Below are positions 23,647 to 36,950 of a stretch of DNA of 64,000 bases, piece after piece. Numbering within the stretch: the first letter of the stretch is position 1; each line of letters begins with the position of its first letter. The stretch spans positions 138,446,001 to 138,510,000 of the forward strand of contig OZ024741.1 in the NCBI GenBank assembly GCA_964016885.1, written 5' to 3'. A model generated the notes under the pieces. That model made no database searches. It was not told the origin of the DNA and saw only the letters and a program-made list of their open reading frames with translations. The DNA is from Eledone cirrhosa (taxonomy: Eukaryota). The translations under genes were made by a program, and so were the position numbers.

Positions 23647-25161
23647 AATATGATGATAATGGAGCTGCGGCGTTGCAAATGGGATACATATGAAAAAGTG
23701 AGTCCTTCATCAGTGACCCTCCAACCGTCCTCGGCATTTCATCGCTTTAAGGGCCATATGCCTCAGGTTGGTGCGAACAACGGCTAAAAAAAGTCGTTGG
23801 GACACGTAAATAAAGGGGGACGCTAGAGTAACAACAAAAGGGTTAAGCAACGGAAAGTGAGTAGAAATAGACAAGTCCCAGATCTCTATGAATATAAACT
23901 CTGTGAAATCGTGAACAAGAGACGAAAGACCATCAAACCTAGTTGAAATGTGAGCAAGGAAAGAATTTCGCCCAAGTTTGACGGGGGGGGGGGAAAGAGA
24001 GAGAGAGAGAAAGAAAAAGGAGAGAAGAGGAAGAAGAAGAAGAAGAAGAAGATAAGGGGGTCTGGTCTACGAATTCGGTAAACGCAAGTTTTGTGAAGTC
24101 GCAGACGAAAGAGAGAGAGAGAAAAATTCCATACCAGCTCGGTCAAGACTGCGCGAGAAAAGAATTACTCACAGGTCAAACTTGAAGGAGGAGGAGGAAA
24201 GAGGAGGAGAGGTAGTGACAGAGAATGAGTGAGTGAAAGTTGAGGAGAGGGTAACAGAGAGGGAGACTGCTAGAAGTGGTAAAGATACAAGGAACGAAAC
24301 AGACGAAGGCATCATGGAAAAATTATATGTGTAAATATGATGATAATAATGGAGCTGCGGCGTTGCAAATGGGATACATATGAAAAAGTGAGTCCTTCAT
24401 CAGTGACCCTCCAACCGTCCTCGGCATTTCATCGCTTTAAGGGCCATATGCCTCAGGTTGGTGCGAACAACGGCTAAAAAAAGTCGTTGGGACACGTAAA
24501 TAATTATTATCATCATATTTACACATATAATTTTTCCATGCTGCCTTCGTCTGTTTCGTTCCTTGTATCTTTACCACTTCTAGCAGTCTCCCTCTCTGTT
24601 ACTCTCTCCTCAACTTTCACTCACTCATTCTCTGTCACTACCTCTCCTCCTCCTCTTTCCTCCTCCTCCTTCAAGTTTGACCTGTGTGTAATTCTTTTCT
24701 CGCGCAGTCTTGACCGAGCTGGTATGGAATTTTTTTCTCTCTCTCTTTCGTCTGCGACTTCACAAAACTTGCGTTTACCGAATTCGTAGACCAGACCCCC
24801 TTATATTCTTCTTCTTCTTCTTCTTCCTCTTCTCTCCTTTTTCTTTCTCTCTCTCTCTCTTCCCCCCCCCCCCCGTCAAACTTGGGCGAAATTCTTTCCT
24901 TGCTCACATTTCAACTAGGTTTGATGGTCTTTCGTCTCTTGTTCACGATTTCACAGAGTTTATATTCATAGAGATCTGGGACTTGTCTATTTCTACTCAC
25001 TTTCCGTTGCTTAACCCTTTTGTTGTTACTCTAGCGTCCCCCTTTATTTACGTGTCCCAATCACTTTTTTTAGCCGTTGTTCGCACCAACCTGAGGCATA
25101 TGGCCCTTAAAGCGATGAAATGCCGAGGACGGTTGGAGGGTCACTGATGAAGGACTCACTT

Positions 25162-25168
<7 letters not shown>
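23643..25168. repeat. Tandem-plus-inverted duplication (~660-bp arm foldback)
   Basis: 23643-23811 is repeated at 24329-24501; 23689-24350 is inverted at 24502-25168; flanked by (TA)n. Confidence 0.9.
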
Positions 25169-25197
<29 letters not shown>

Positions 25198-26147
25198 ATA
25201 TATGTATATTTATATAAGTTTGCGTTTTTGTCTGTTTTTTGTTGAAAATACACCAGTAGTTGCAACTGATATATACCCTTAGATATTCATATGTATATCA
25301 TACTCGCATTCAAGCAAGAAGGAAACATTTCACATACACCCAAGTGCAAATGTCTGACGGGATGCTAGCTCAGAATATAAGGATGTGTAGCCAAAATTAC
25401 AATGTCTCTAATCCCTCAATTTCTATGTATAACTCTGAATTCTACCTTAAGATATTCCCTGCCATTTATTTTCTCTTCATTTTTTTGTTTACGTTATTTT
25501 CCATATTTTCCCATATAATTTTGGGCTCGTTGCAGATGTTTGTTTACTTCCATTTGCAATTAAGTTTTGTTTTTGGTTTGTTTCTATAGCAATGAGGAAC
25601 GTCCAGTAATCCGAAGAAAGATCCATATGGAAGTTTAAATGGATTCCGAGTGTAAATCGAGAGTCAAAACCTAACGTAGGACAATGTAGAGTCTACATTG
25701 TTCTACGTTAGGTTTCAGAGTTCCAGGGGGAGTTTGAAGCATTGGGGGAGCTCAGGGGTCACTGGAAGGCTATTTACTTAGGTAAGTTTTATAAGCCATA
25801 TGTGTACGTCTCTGAGACATCCAGTGTGAATGCATTTGAATGAAGAAAACGAAGAAAATAAATAAAGGAAGCTTGTCAACGAATTCCCTAGGTAGATATA
25901 TATATATATTATACACATACACATACACACAGAGACACACACATATATATATTCTTTTTTCAGTCTGGATAGAACTCAATGTAATCTTGTAAAATCCATA
26001 GAGAAGTTCTGTGTTTCGCTGAATTAATTCTTTAGATACAGAGTCAGATATCAGGTATTAAATTAACAATAAAAATAAAAATAGCAAAATAAAAACAAAT
26101 TTATAAAGTAACTTGACTTTGTTCTTTTTATTTTCATTGTTAATTTG

Positions 26148-26306
<159 letters not shown>

Positions 26307-26354
26307 GCCATATTGTATTTAGCCATGTAGAGCGACATTTTCTTTATATATATA

Positions 26355-27193
26355 CTAGCAGTAAAGCCCGGCGTTGCTCGGGGTCGCTCAGTAGCTGTGT
26401 TAAAGTTACAATGTTAAGTTTCTTTCTTGGCTTAAAAACTGTAGTGTCTACTGTGCAGACTTGCATGTGGTGTTTTTGATTAATATTCCCTCAACCAACA
26501 ATATGCCTTATGAAGTTAAGAAAACATAACGATAACTCGAATGTTATAACAAAAGAGGATGCTGGGGATAGAAACTGCACTGGTTATTTATTAACAAAGA
26601 TCGAAAATGTAAACACTGCAACGCAGAGAAAAACATTAGCGTAACCAAATTATCAGTTATGTCTGTCTGCACGCCTATATCACCTCTCTGCACGACTGTC
26701 TGTCTGCACGACTGTCTGTCTGCATGCCTAACGACGAAATATTTGCTTGTTTTACGTAGTCTTTAAATAGACTTGTTTTCAAGTAAAAATATTGTTTTAA
26801 AATGCTTTTAAATGGAAATGAAGCAAAACGGAATCTTAGTGTTCGAAATGATGAATTTTGCAGGTCAATATTTTGCTGGCTCGACAACTGTTCGTGTATT
26901 GTGTTAATGTCATTTTAAACGCCGAGAAAGCCAGCGTAATTTTTTACGTAAGACGCTCAATGTAAACAGAACAAAGGGAAATAACTGATAACTTACGCTC
27001 AAAAAAATCGATACATTATATTCGATTTCGTCACATAGGGTGGGTCAATTTGAAATATTTTTTTTCCGATGTCTTCGTTAGGGCTCAATGTACAAGTATA
27101 GCAATTTCGGTGCAATTCCGTCAGAGATCCTAAGAGGAAATGTGTGCCAAAAATCGATAGACAGACAGACAACCACAGTTTTATATATATAGA
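26355..27193 (-). mobile_element. Non-autonomous Helitron
   Basis: On - strand: 5' TCTATATATATAAAA ... cccgagcaacgccggg hairpin ... CTAG 3'; inserted between A and T; (ctgt)n subterminal repeats. Confidence 0.85.
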
Positions 27194-27283
27194 TATATAT
27201 ACGTTATTCCGGGTTGAATCGGAGGTAACCACAGTAAGTAAGGTACTCAATACATAGCAGAGTATAAAAGTGTTAGTATAGAT

Positions 27284-27336
27284 GAGTTTCTACAGGACTA
27301 GGACTGTTTCATTCTTTAGAAATCATCAGGAATATC
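27284..27336 (-). ncRNA. Hammerhead ribozyme motif (inverted partner of 27339-27389)
   Basis: ttc-CTGATGA-tttctaaagaat-GAAA-cag tcctagtc ctg-TA-gaa. Confidence 0.7.
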
Positions 27337-27338
27337 AT

Positions 27339-27389
27339 AGATTCCTGATGATTTCTAAAGAATGAAACAGTTCTAGTCCTGTAGAATCT
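27339..27389 (+). ncRNA. Hammerhead ribozyme motif
   Basis: agattc-CTGATGA-tttctaaagaat-GAAA-cag ttctagtc ctg-TA-gaatct. Confidence 0.8.
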
Positions 27390-27420
27390 CATCTATATTA
27401 TATATATATATACATCCATA

Positions 27421-30400
27421 TATCATCATCATCATCATCATCACCGTTTTACGTCCGTTGTTCCACGCTAGCATGGGTTAGACGGGTTGTCCTGTTGTGG
27501 GCAGTGTCTGGTCGGCTGACCATGCCTTGCTCATACAGGAACTGATCTGGCTTGATTTCTACAGCTGGATGCCCTTCCTAACACCAACCTCATTTACAGT
27601 GAGTGCTGGGTGCTTATTCGTGGCGCCTACACGTCCACTTTACAGTGTGGGCTGGGTGCTTTTTTGCCGTGGCACCTCCACGACCACCTTGCGGTGGGGG
27701 GAGTGGGGGCATATTGTTTATATGCTTCAGCATGTACCCATGGGAGGTCGGGTACCCTGTATTACTGCGTGACGCCAGAAGTCACGGTCGTGTGTCATTG
27801 TCTTTGAGAGGTGTAGTTGGGTAAGGTCGGCTTTTATCACCTCATCCCAAGTCATCTTGGGTCTCCCCACTCCGCGGTTTCCATCAACTTCTAGTGCTCT
27901 GCACCTTTTTATGCAGCTGTCATCCTTCATACGCATCACATGTCCATACCAGCGTAACCGCCTCTCCTGCACGCAGCATTTGATTCCTCTTATGCTCAGT
28001 CTCTCTCTCAATTCCTTTATGCTTTGTCGTTCACGTATATTACTGTTACACATCCATCGGAGCATGCAGGCTTCGTTTCTCTCTAATCTACGTAAGTCTT
28101 CCACCTTCAGCGCCCAGGTCTCACTACCATGCAACATCGCTGTTCGGATACACGCATCATACAGTCTGCCTTTCATTCTGAGGGAGAAGCCTTTTGCAGC
28201 TAGCAGTGGTAGTAGTTCCCTAAACTTCTTCCATCCCGTTCTTACCCTAGTTATTGTACTTTCTGAGCACCCACCTCCGTTGCTAATTCGGTCACCTAGG
28301 TAGCAGAAGCTGTCTACTGTTTCTACAGAGCCCTCCCAGAGATTGGTGGTACTTGTTTCCTGTGGCTGTTTGCTTGCTGTTTCAGCACAGCTGCTGCATG
28401 TGAATCCTACATTCTTAATTAAGCTTCCTGAGATCCCGCTACATCTCTTGTGTACCCATTGTTTGCATTTGGGGCAGAGAATGGAGTTCCTACCTACACC
28501 TTTCCTACATACTGAGCAAGGCCATTTCCCTGAGGGGATCTGGGTTCTGTTTTCTCGTCTACTTACAAGGACCTTAGTCTTTGTCATGTTGACTTTGAGG
28601 CCCTTTCTCTCTAGTCCCTGCTTCCAGGTTTGGAATTTATTCTCTAGTTCTACCATAGATTCAGCTATGAGTGTGAGGTCATCAGCATACAGGAGTTCCC
28701 ACGGGCATCTGGTCTTAAACTCCTCCGTTATTGCCTGCAGGACTATGATGAACAGGAGAGGGCTAAGAACAGAGCCCTGGTGGACCCCAACCTGTACGCT
28801 AAATTCCTCGCTATACTCATTGCTAATCCTAACTTTGCTGACTGCTCCCCTATACATGGCTTGTACCGCTTTCACAAGCCATTCATCTACTCCTAGTTTT
28901 CTAAGAGCCCACCAGATTACCGCACGTGGAACTCTGTCAAAGGCTTTCTCAAGGTCGACAAATGCCAAGTAGAGTGGCTTACTTTTAGCTAGGTACTTTT
29001 CCTGTAATTGCCTCACAAGGAAGAGGGCATCAGTGGTGCCTCTCCCTGGTACAAACCCAAATTGCATCTCGTCTATATTCACCCGGTCCCTAATCAGCTG
29101 TGCTATAACTCTTTCTGTTACTTTCATGACCTGGTCCATCAACTTTATACCTCTATAGTTTCCTCTATCTAGTGCATCGCCTTTACCTTTGTAGCAGTTG
29201 ACAATGATGCTACTGCACCAATCTTTTGGTATGGCCCCTTCTAGTATTACCTGGTTAACGATACGTGTGGTTATAGTGTGACCTACAGACCCAGATGCCT
29301 TCAGCATCTCGGCAGCTATACCCGATGGACCGGTTGCCTTCCCCATCTTCATATCTCTGATTGCCTTACCTACTACGCTGCCGCTGACTTGTACTGCTGG
29401 TCCCTCTATAGGGTCTACATGGGGTAGTGTCTCTTCTTCCCATGCATTCTCCTCATTTAGTAATCTATCATAATGACTCTTCCATGCATCTTTCTTCTCA
29501 GCACTTGTGAGGGCAAGCTCACCTTTATCATTCCGGATACACTTCTCTCCAATGACATCACAACTATCTCTGACACACTGCCTCGCAATCTTGAATACCT
29601 CCTGTTTCTGGTCCTCACGTTGTAAAACATGCTTGAATTTTCTATCCTCTGCTTCCTTCCTAGCTAAGTATACTTGTCGCCTAGCTTCCCTCTTGGTCTC
29701 TATGTAATGTACCCTGCTCCCCCCGTTCTTCCATTCTTTCCATGCCTGTCTCTTGGCCTTGACTGCTTCATCTACCTTATTGTTCCACCACCAAGTCACT
29801 CTCCTCCTGCTTGAGGTCTTACTCCAGCCACAAACCTCATCCGTCGCCTCTAGTAAGTTATTTTTTTAGGAACTCCCTGTTCTCTTCTACGTTAAATGTC
29901 TCTATCTGTTCTTCTTTACTGTCGTAGGCGTTGAGTAAAATATCTTTAAATCTGTTACTGGTTGAGGGGACTTTCAGCTTCCAGATCTTTCTTCTCCAGG
30001 TTGGCCTCTGTTTCCGGGTTCGTCTAGTTCTGACCGTGAGGTCGCTGACAACTAAGCTATGTTGGGATGTACATTCCTCACTAGGGAAGGCTTTTGTGTT
30101 TACGACCGTCCATCTGTCACGTCCTCTGATGAGGATAAAATCTAACTGACTAGAGTGCTCCCCTGATCTATAGGTGATCAGGTGGTTGTCGGGTTTTTTA
30201 AAGTTTGTGTTACATATCGACATGTCATTGGCGTCGCAGAATTCTAGAAGTCTGAATCCTTCCTCATTCCTTGTGCCAACTCAATGGCCTCCATGTACTC
30301 TATTGAAGCCGTCGCAGTGTTTACCTACGTGTCCGTTAAAATCTCCTGCAATGATTAGGAAGTCCTTGTCGTCTGTTAGAGCAGTAGTGTGTATTAGGGA

Positions 30401-31094
30401 CTCGTAAAACCTATCCTTAAGTTCGTCTGGCAGCCCCGATTGGGGTGCGTAAGCTGATATTATTGTGGTAATTGTCTTATTCAGGATTAGTCTGAGTTTA
30501 ATGATTCTTGTATTTACCCTGTACACTGAGATTACTTTATCTACCCACTTGTCAGCTAATAGTATACCTACACCACCCATCCCATCGTCATTTCCCACCC
30601 AGAAACATTTGTAGCACTGGCTTTTTCCTACAAGGACTCTAGCAGACCCTCCTCTCCATCTAGTCTCTTGCACACAGCATACATCAACTTCCTTTCGCTC
30701 TAGCATTTCTACGATTTCTCCTGCTCTTCCTTTCATTGAGCCTACATTGATGGTACCAACTCGGAGTTTTGGGCATTTGTCGACACTCGTAGGGGAGGGT
30801 TTCTGGGTTGGCGCTTCACGTGGGTGCTTGGTAGCTCGCAGATTCATATTTCATCTATTGATTCAGAGTTGCTCAAATGTATTCTCAGCTCATCCATCCA
30901 TAACGGTGGTAAAATTGAGGGCTAGAAGAACAGTGGTGGTGGGGTAATGGCAGGGTGTGTTGGGATGCGCCAGAGGAGGAGAGAGTTAGTTAGGCAGGTA
31001 GTAGCAGCAGCAGTGGAAATGGCATGCTAGGTCGAATAGACTATGGTGTGTGTGGGGGTGTGTGTGGGGTGGGGGGGTGGGGGGGAACTTGTGA
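27421..31094 (-). mobile_element. Near full-length RTE-clade LINE
   Basis: APE endonuclease, RT, 3' UTR and (GAT)n tail at 27422-27443; C-rich 5' UTR. Confidence 0.93.
27727..30847 (-). pseudogene. RTE ORF (AP endonuclease plus RT), split by two frameshifts near 30283 and 29860
   Basis: VGTINV, VQETRW, SAYAPQ, GDFNGHVG, SQLDFIL, SQH; WWWN, NYRGIKL, QFGF, FVDLEKAFD, GVHQGSVLSP, YADD, YLG, RRLRWYGH. Confidence 0.92.
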
Positions 31095-33101
31095 GGTAGG
31101 AACTGAGGGTCGCATGGTAAATAACTGAGAGAGATACAATAGAATTAGAATACCGCATGGTAAATATCCAAGTTAATACTACATCAGTAAAATTAACAAT
31201 AATAACGTCATGAAAACTACTAAGAAAAACCCTCGAAAATTTATCGCTAATACAGCAGGGAACTTCATTAATATTAACAACAATATGTAGGCTAAAATAC
31301 CTTCGGAGATTAGTAAGGATGGATGGATGGCTGGAACAATTGGAATCAACTCTAGTGAACATTTTAGCAGAGAAGAATGGGAAAGTGTCTTATCTCTTCA
31401 ATATTTTCAGATTGAATGAATTAGGTTGAATAGGTTAAAGACAGGGTAGTAAACCTTAAAGAGATGCATAGAGAGGGGGGGGGGTAGGAACTGAGGGTCG
31501 CATGGTAAATAACTGAGAGAGATACAATAGAATTAGAATACCGCATGGTAAATATCCAAGTTAATACTACATCAGTAAAATTAACAATAATAACGTCATG
31601 AAAACTACTAAGAAAAACCCTCGAAAATTTATCGCTAATACAGCAGTGAACTTCATTAATATTAACAACAATATGTAGGCTAAAATACCTTCGGAGATTA
31701 GTAAGGATGGATGGATGGCTGGAACAATTGGAATCAACTCTAGTGATACATTTTAGCAGAGAAGAATGGGAAAGTGTCTTATCTCTTCAATATTTTCAGA
31801 TTAAATGAATTAGGTTGAATAGGTTAAAGACAGGGTAGTAAACCTTAAAGAGATGCATAGAGAGGGGGGGTAGGAACTGAGGGTCGCATGGTAAATAACT
31901 GAGAGAGATACAATAGAATTAGAATACCGCATGGTAAATATCCAAGTTAATACTACATCAGTAAAATTAACAATAATAACGTCATGAAAACTACTAAGAA
32001 AAACCCTCGAAAATTTATCGCTAATACAGCAGGGAACTTCATTAATATTAACAACAATATGTAGGCTAAAATACCTTCGGAGATTAGTAAGGATGGATGG
32101 ATGGCTGGAACAATTGGAATCAACTCTAGTGATACATTTTAGCAGAGAAGAATGGGAAAGTGTCTTATCTCTTCAATATTTTCAGATTGAATGAATTAGG
32201 TTGAATAGGTTAAAGACAGGGTAGTAAACCTTAAAGAGATGCATAGAGAGGGGGGGGGGGGTAGGAACTGAGGGTCGCATGGTAAATAACTGAGAGAGAT
32301 ACAATAGAATTAGAATACCGCATGGTAAATATCCAAGTTAATACTACATCAGTAAAATTAACAATAATAACGTCATGAAAACTACTAAGAAAAACCCTCG
32401 AAAATTTATCGCTAATACAGCAGGGAACTTCATTAATATTAACAACAATATGTAGGCTAAAATACCTTCGGAGATTAGTAAGGATGGATGGATGGCTGGA
32501 ACAATTGGAATCAACTCTAGTGATACATTTTAGCAGAGAAGAATGGGAAAGTGTCTTATCTCTTCAATATTTTCAGATTAAATGAATTAGGTTGAATAGG
32601 TTAAAGACAGGGTAGTAAACCTTAAAGAGATGCATAGAGAGGGGGGGTAGGAACTGAGGGTCGCATGGTAAATAACTGAGAGAGATACAATAGAATTAGA
32701 ATACCGCATGGTAAATATCCAAGTTAATACTACATCAGTAAAATTAACAATAATAACGTCATGAAAACTACTAAGAAAAACCCTCGAAAATTTATCGCTA
32801 ATACAGCAGGGAACATCATTAATATTAACAACAATATGTAGGCTAAAATACCTTCGGAGATTAGTAAGGATGGATGGATGGCTGGAACAATTGGAATCAA
32901 CTCTAGTGATACATTTTAGCAGAGAAGAATGGGAAAGTGTCTTATCTCTTCAATATTTTCAGATTGAATGAATTAGGTTGAATAGGTTAAAGACAGGGTA
33001 GTAAACCTTAAAGAGATGTATATAGAGGGGGGGGGGGGTAGGAACTGAGGGTCGCATGGTAAATAACTGAGAGAGATACAATAGAATTAAAATACCGCAT
33101 G

Positions 33102-33104
<3 letters not shown>
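31095..33104. repeat. Tandem array of ~388-bp units, 5 full copies plus a partial
   Basis: ggtaggaactgagggtcgc starts at about 31095, 31483, 31869, 32260, 32646 and 33037; units near identical. Confidence 0.95.
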
Positions 33105-33147
<43 letters not shown>

Positions 33148-33355
33148 GTGGTTAATACCTAACAGGTTTAAATGACCAACGTGTATATTGTTTTATTTGA
33201 AGATGACATCCCGTTACTCTTTTGGGGACAGCGTGTATTTTATCTTTGGGAGCACTATTGGATTTTCTAATCTACCAGTCTCTTCTTAGCGCCGAGGGAG
33301 ACCATCACCGTTCTATTAATGTCGATATAATTTTTATATCGATGTTACTTGGGCA

Positions 33356-33479
33356 TCCACTGATGAGTTTATAAGAGCCTGCTTGTGTATAAAACTATGG
33401 ATTATTAACAAGTTTCTACATAACCTGGAAATTATTTATCCCAAATTGTAGAAATCTTATAACGAAACGGCCGTCTGGA
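33356..33479 (+). ncRNA. Hammerhead ribozyme motif with extended helix II
   Basis: tcca-CTGATGA-gtttataaga...(97-nt domain)...tcttataac-GAAA-cggccg-TC-tgga. Confidence 0.8.
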
Positions 33480-33498
33480 AAGAAAGAGATATTTATTT

Positions 33499-33580
33499 AA
33501 TAATTGTTTCTACTTTAGGCACAAGGCCAGCAAATTACCCAGTGCATTACTGGTACTTTATTTTATCGACCCTGTAAGGA
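33499..33580 (-). mobile_element. SINE 3' fragment
   Basis: Matches the 3' half of the 9191-9375 family. Confidence 0.8.
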
Positions 33581-33719
33581 ATGTCAACCAGCTATCCACG
33601 AAATACTGATTAGTTAGCACCCCAAACACAAAATTGTGATAATACTTAGGTATAACCTAATGTTTGTTGAGTGAGATGGAGTTGGTCGGAGTATCGCTTA
33701 AGGCTTTCTCTGTTTATGT

Positions 33720-33837
<118 letters not shown>

Positions 33838-33863
33838 TGTAATAAACAACATAAGGCAATTAT

Positions 33864-33922
33864 TTCATTTACCAGTGGTTTCTTAAAAGCAAACAAATTT
33901 TGCTTTCAATCATCATAATGAA
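33864..33922 (-). ncRNA. Mutated hammerhead (C3->A), homologue of 118-175
   Basis: ttcatt-ATGATGA-ttgaaagcaaaa..tttgcttttaa-GAAA-ccactgg-TA-aatgaa. Confidence 0.65.
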
Positions 33923-34566
33923 AAAATCCTGGTGTATTTATTGACATTAGATTTTAAAACAAAAATATAATATATATGAAAGTGAGGCTGGAAAAGGAAG
34001 AAGGAAAGGAAAAATAAACACACATGCACACACACAATTACATACACACACATATATACATTCACACACATATACACACACACATACAAACATATATACA
34101 CGCATACATACGCATGCACAAATATAGATATATGTACACACACCTACACAATCACACGCACAAATAATTATAAGAAAAAATATAATAATAAAAATACCGC
34201 CACATAAGAATAACAATGAATATAAACATTATTATAAAGTTGACAGCGATACAGGCAACAAATAAATGAACAAACACACGTGGTAAGCAATACACACAAT
34301 TGCACATACACATACATACGTAAAAATAAATACATACACACACACGCATATACATATACATATACACATACATACACGTACACATATACATACACATACA
34401 CACATATATACATATATACATATATACATATATATATATATATACACATATATACACATACATATACATACATATACACAAACACATACATACAATACAT
34501 ATGCACACATATGTATGTCTGTAAAACTCATTCTTAGATGTATTCATATGAACCTTGTTTAACTCT

Positions 34567-34636
<70 letters not shown>

Positions 34637-35443
34637 TATATATACACATACATATATATATATACATACACACACACATATATATACACATACACACAAA
34701 CACATACACACACACACATATACATATATATATAAGAAAATACATAAATATTATATATATATATATAAATAAAAAGTTGGGAATACGACAAATAATAAAT
34801 AAATAAATAATTAGAAAAGGGTATAAATGTTTATAGCTGTTTAGAACACTCAACAAGTTCCTGGAACAAATGATCAATGAAAATAAGCATTAAATCACTG
34901 TATATAATTATGCATATACATATATACATACATACATACATATACATAATTATATATATATATACACAGACACACACACACACACGACCATACAAATACA
35001 CACACATATACATACACATACATGCATATACGTATATATATATATAGGAAAAAGTATGACCCCACGGCAGAGCTCAAGCCGTTACTGAGGCTATTATATA
35101 TATACACACAAAAACAAATATATAAAAATACACGCACACAAATAAACACACGCACACACACAGACACATATGAAACAATCACAGGGGATAATCTGTAAAA
35201 GTGTGTAAGCACACATAGCTAGGTAGGTAACTAAATGAAGTTTAACTAGAACTTCAAAAATAGATTGTGATTGTTTCATATGTTTAACTATATGCCAATC
35301 AATTTCTAGTTGATATAAAATGCTCGGATCTACTCATTAGAATCTTGGAGCATATTTTACGGGGGATATGGCGCATGTCTCTCTGACATGACACCCATAA
35401 TTTAATTTGATTTAATTTAATTTAATTGAATTTTTCTTAATTT

Positions 35444-35494
<51 letters not shown>

Positions 35495-36236
35495 CAAATT
35501 AAAATAACAGATTATAGTTAAAGCAAAGAATCGCTGCTTTCACCCTTAACGGGACCTTCTGAAACTTAAAAAAATCAATCTGTGAACGCAGGAGTAAATA
35601 TTTCGAAAAACGTTACACACTATGTACACACACAGCGTTATAATGTCGTAATGCAGACAGCCAGACAAACAGACATATATTATAAGGGCGCAACGTTACA
35701 TCTATGAATCTATCTAAAAAGAAAGAATTATAGAGAGAGATATCGCTAAATCACCTAATGCGGTCCCTAGGGCATTGGAAATTTGAAATCTTCTTTGCTC
35801 AAAACATTCACAGGACGATAAGTATTACATGTGTAAAGTGTGAAAATAGTCGGTTGGGTGTTTCTAGAGTTTTAGGCAGTCAGACAGACAGACCTTCTCT
35901 GTTTTAGATATATAGATAATTTGAAATAGCTTGCTTTGTTTTGGACTGAAACTTTTTGTATTTAATTCGTACGAGTATTTTTTAAAGATCTTTTTAAAGA
36001 TTCTAACATAACTTGATTTGGACCAGTAATCTACCGATATTATTGAAAAATGGATAAATAGGGTGGGAGGGGGGCGTTTGGTCGACATGGGTTAAGAACC
36101 TTTGATGTAGACTAATGTGACCATTATTTAACTTAGTACGAGTGTAGCTTATCTGATATCATTATAACATGAGACGCCAGCAGTTGGGATTTTACATCTG
36201 CCCCTCTCCCTCTCTGTCTTTCTCTCTCTTTTTCTC

Positions 36237-36299
<63 letters not shown>

Positions 36300-36772
36300 T
36301 AATAACCAATGTCTTGATAAAAATTTGGTGCATGAATGTAAGGTTGTAACTAGTACTAATTCTTTTACCTATTTCGGTTCCACTTCCACTTCCTTTAAAG
36401 CAAGATTTTATAATCACAATTCGTCTTTTAAATACCAACTTAAAAGAACTTACACGGCACTCTCAGAACTCATATGGTCCTTAAAAGCCAACAATATTAA
36501 CTACAGCATTTCTTGGAGGAAGGTTTGCAACGCCTCTCCTTACTTTTTTTCTCAAATCTTTTTTTCTCAAATGCTTTTATATCCTTTACAAATATACCCA
36601 TCTTTCTACCTTATTTCAGTATATTATATTATACAATTTACTCATTCTATGTCGTTAGCGGTCCCCTATTTTCCTTCTTTTTTATCTTTTTTTCCTTTTG
36701 TCCTTGTTTCTTTTTTAATTTCTATTCTTTAATCTGTAACTTTTACTTCTCAATTACTTCTTAACTCATATT

Positions 36773-36950
36773 ATTGGCAGTATTGGTAGAGGGTCGGACG
36801 CCATGCTTTCCAGCATAGTTACGTCCCTTTACGATCTGAGTTCAAATCCCGCCGAGGTTGACTTTGCCTTTCATCCTTACGGGGTCGATAAAATAAAGTA
36901 CCAGTAATGTACTGGGTAATTGCTGGCCTTGTGTCAAACGTAGAAACAAT
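36773..36950 (+). mobile_element. tRNA-derived SINE nested in PLE
   Basis: Near identical to the 9191-9375 family. Confidence 0.9.

Noticed and set aside
25140-25168. CTGATGAAGGAC possible hammerhead start (lone CTGATGA also at 3341, 16940 and 39514)
   Set aside because: No helix II followed by GAAA
28343-28972. 209-aa + strand ORF and similar ORFs opposite the PLE and RTE ORFs
   Set aside because: Antisense shadows of retroelement coding sequence
30950-31094. HDV-like ribozyme expected at some RTE 5' ends
   Set aside because: Could not build the nested double pseudoknot by eye
31095-33104. Possible CRISPR array or ribozyme-bearing satellite
   Set aside because: No unique spacers; eukaryotic context; the only near-core (ctgatgt on - strand) has no GAAA partner
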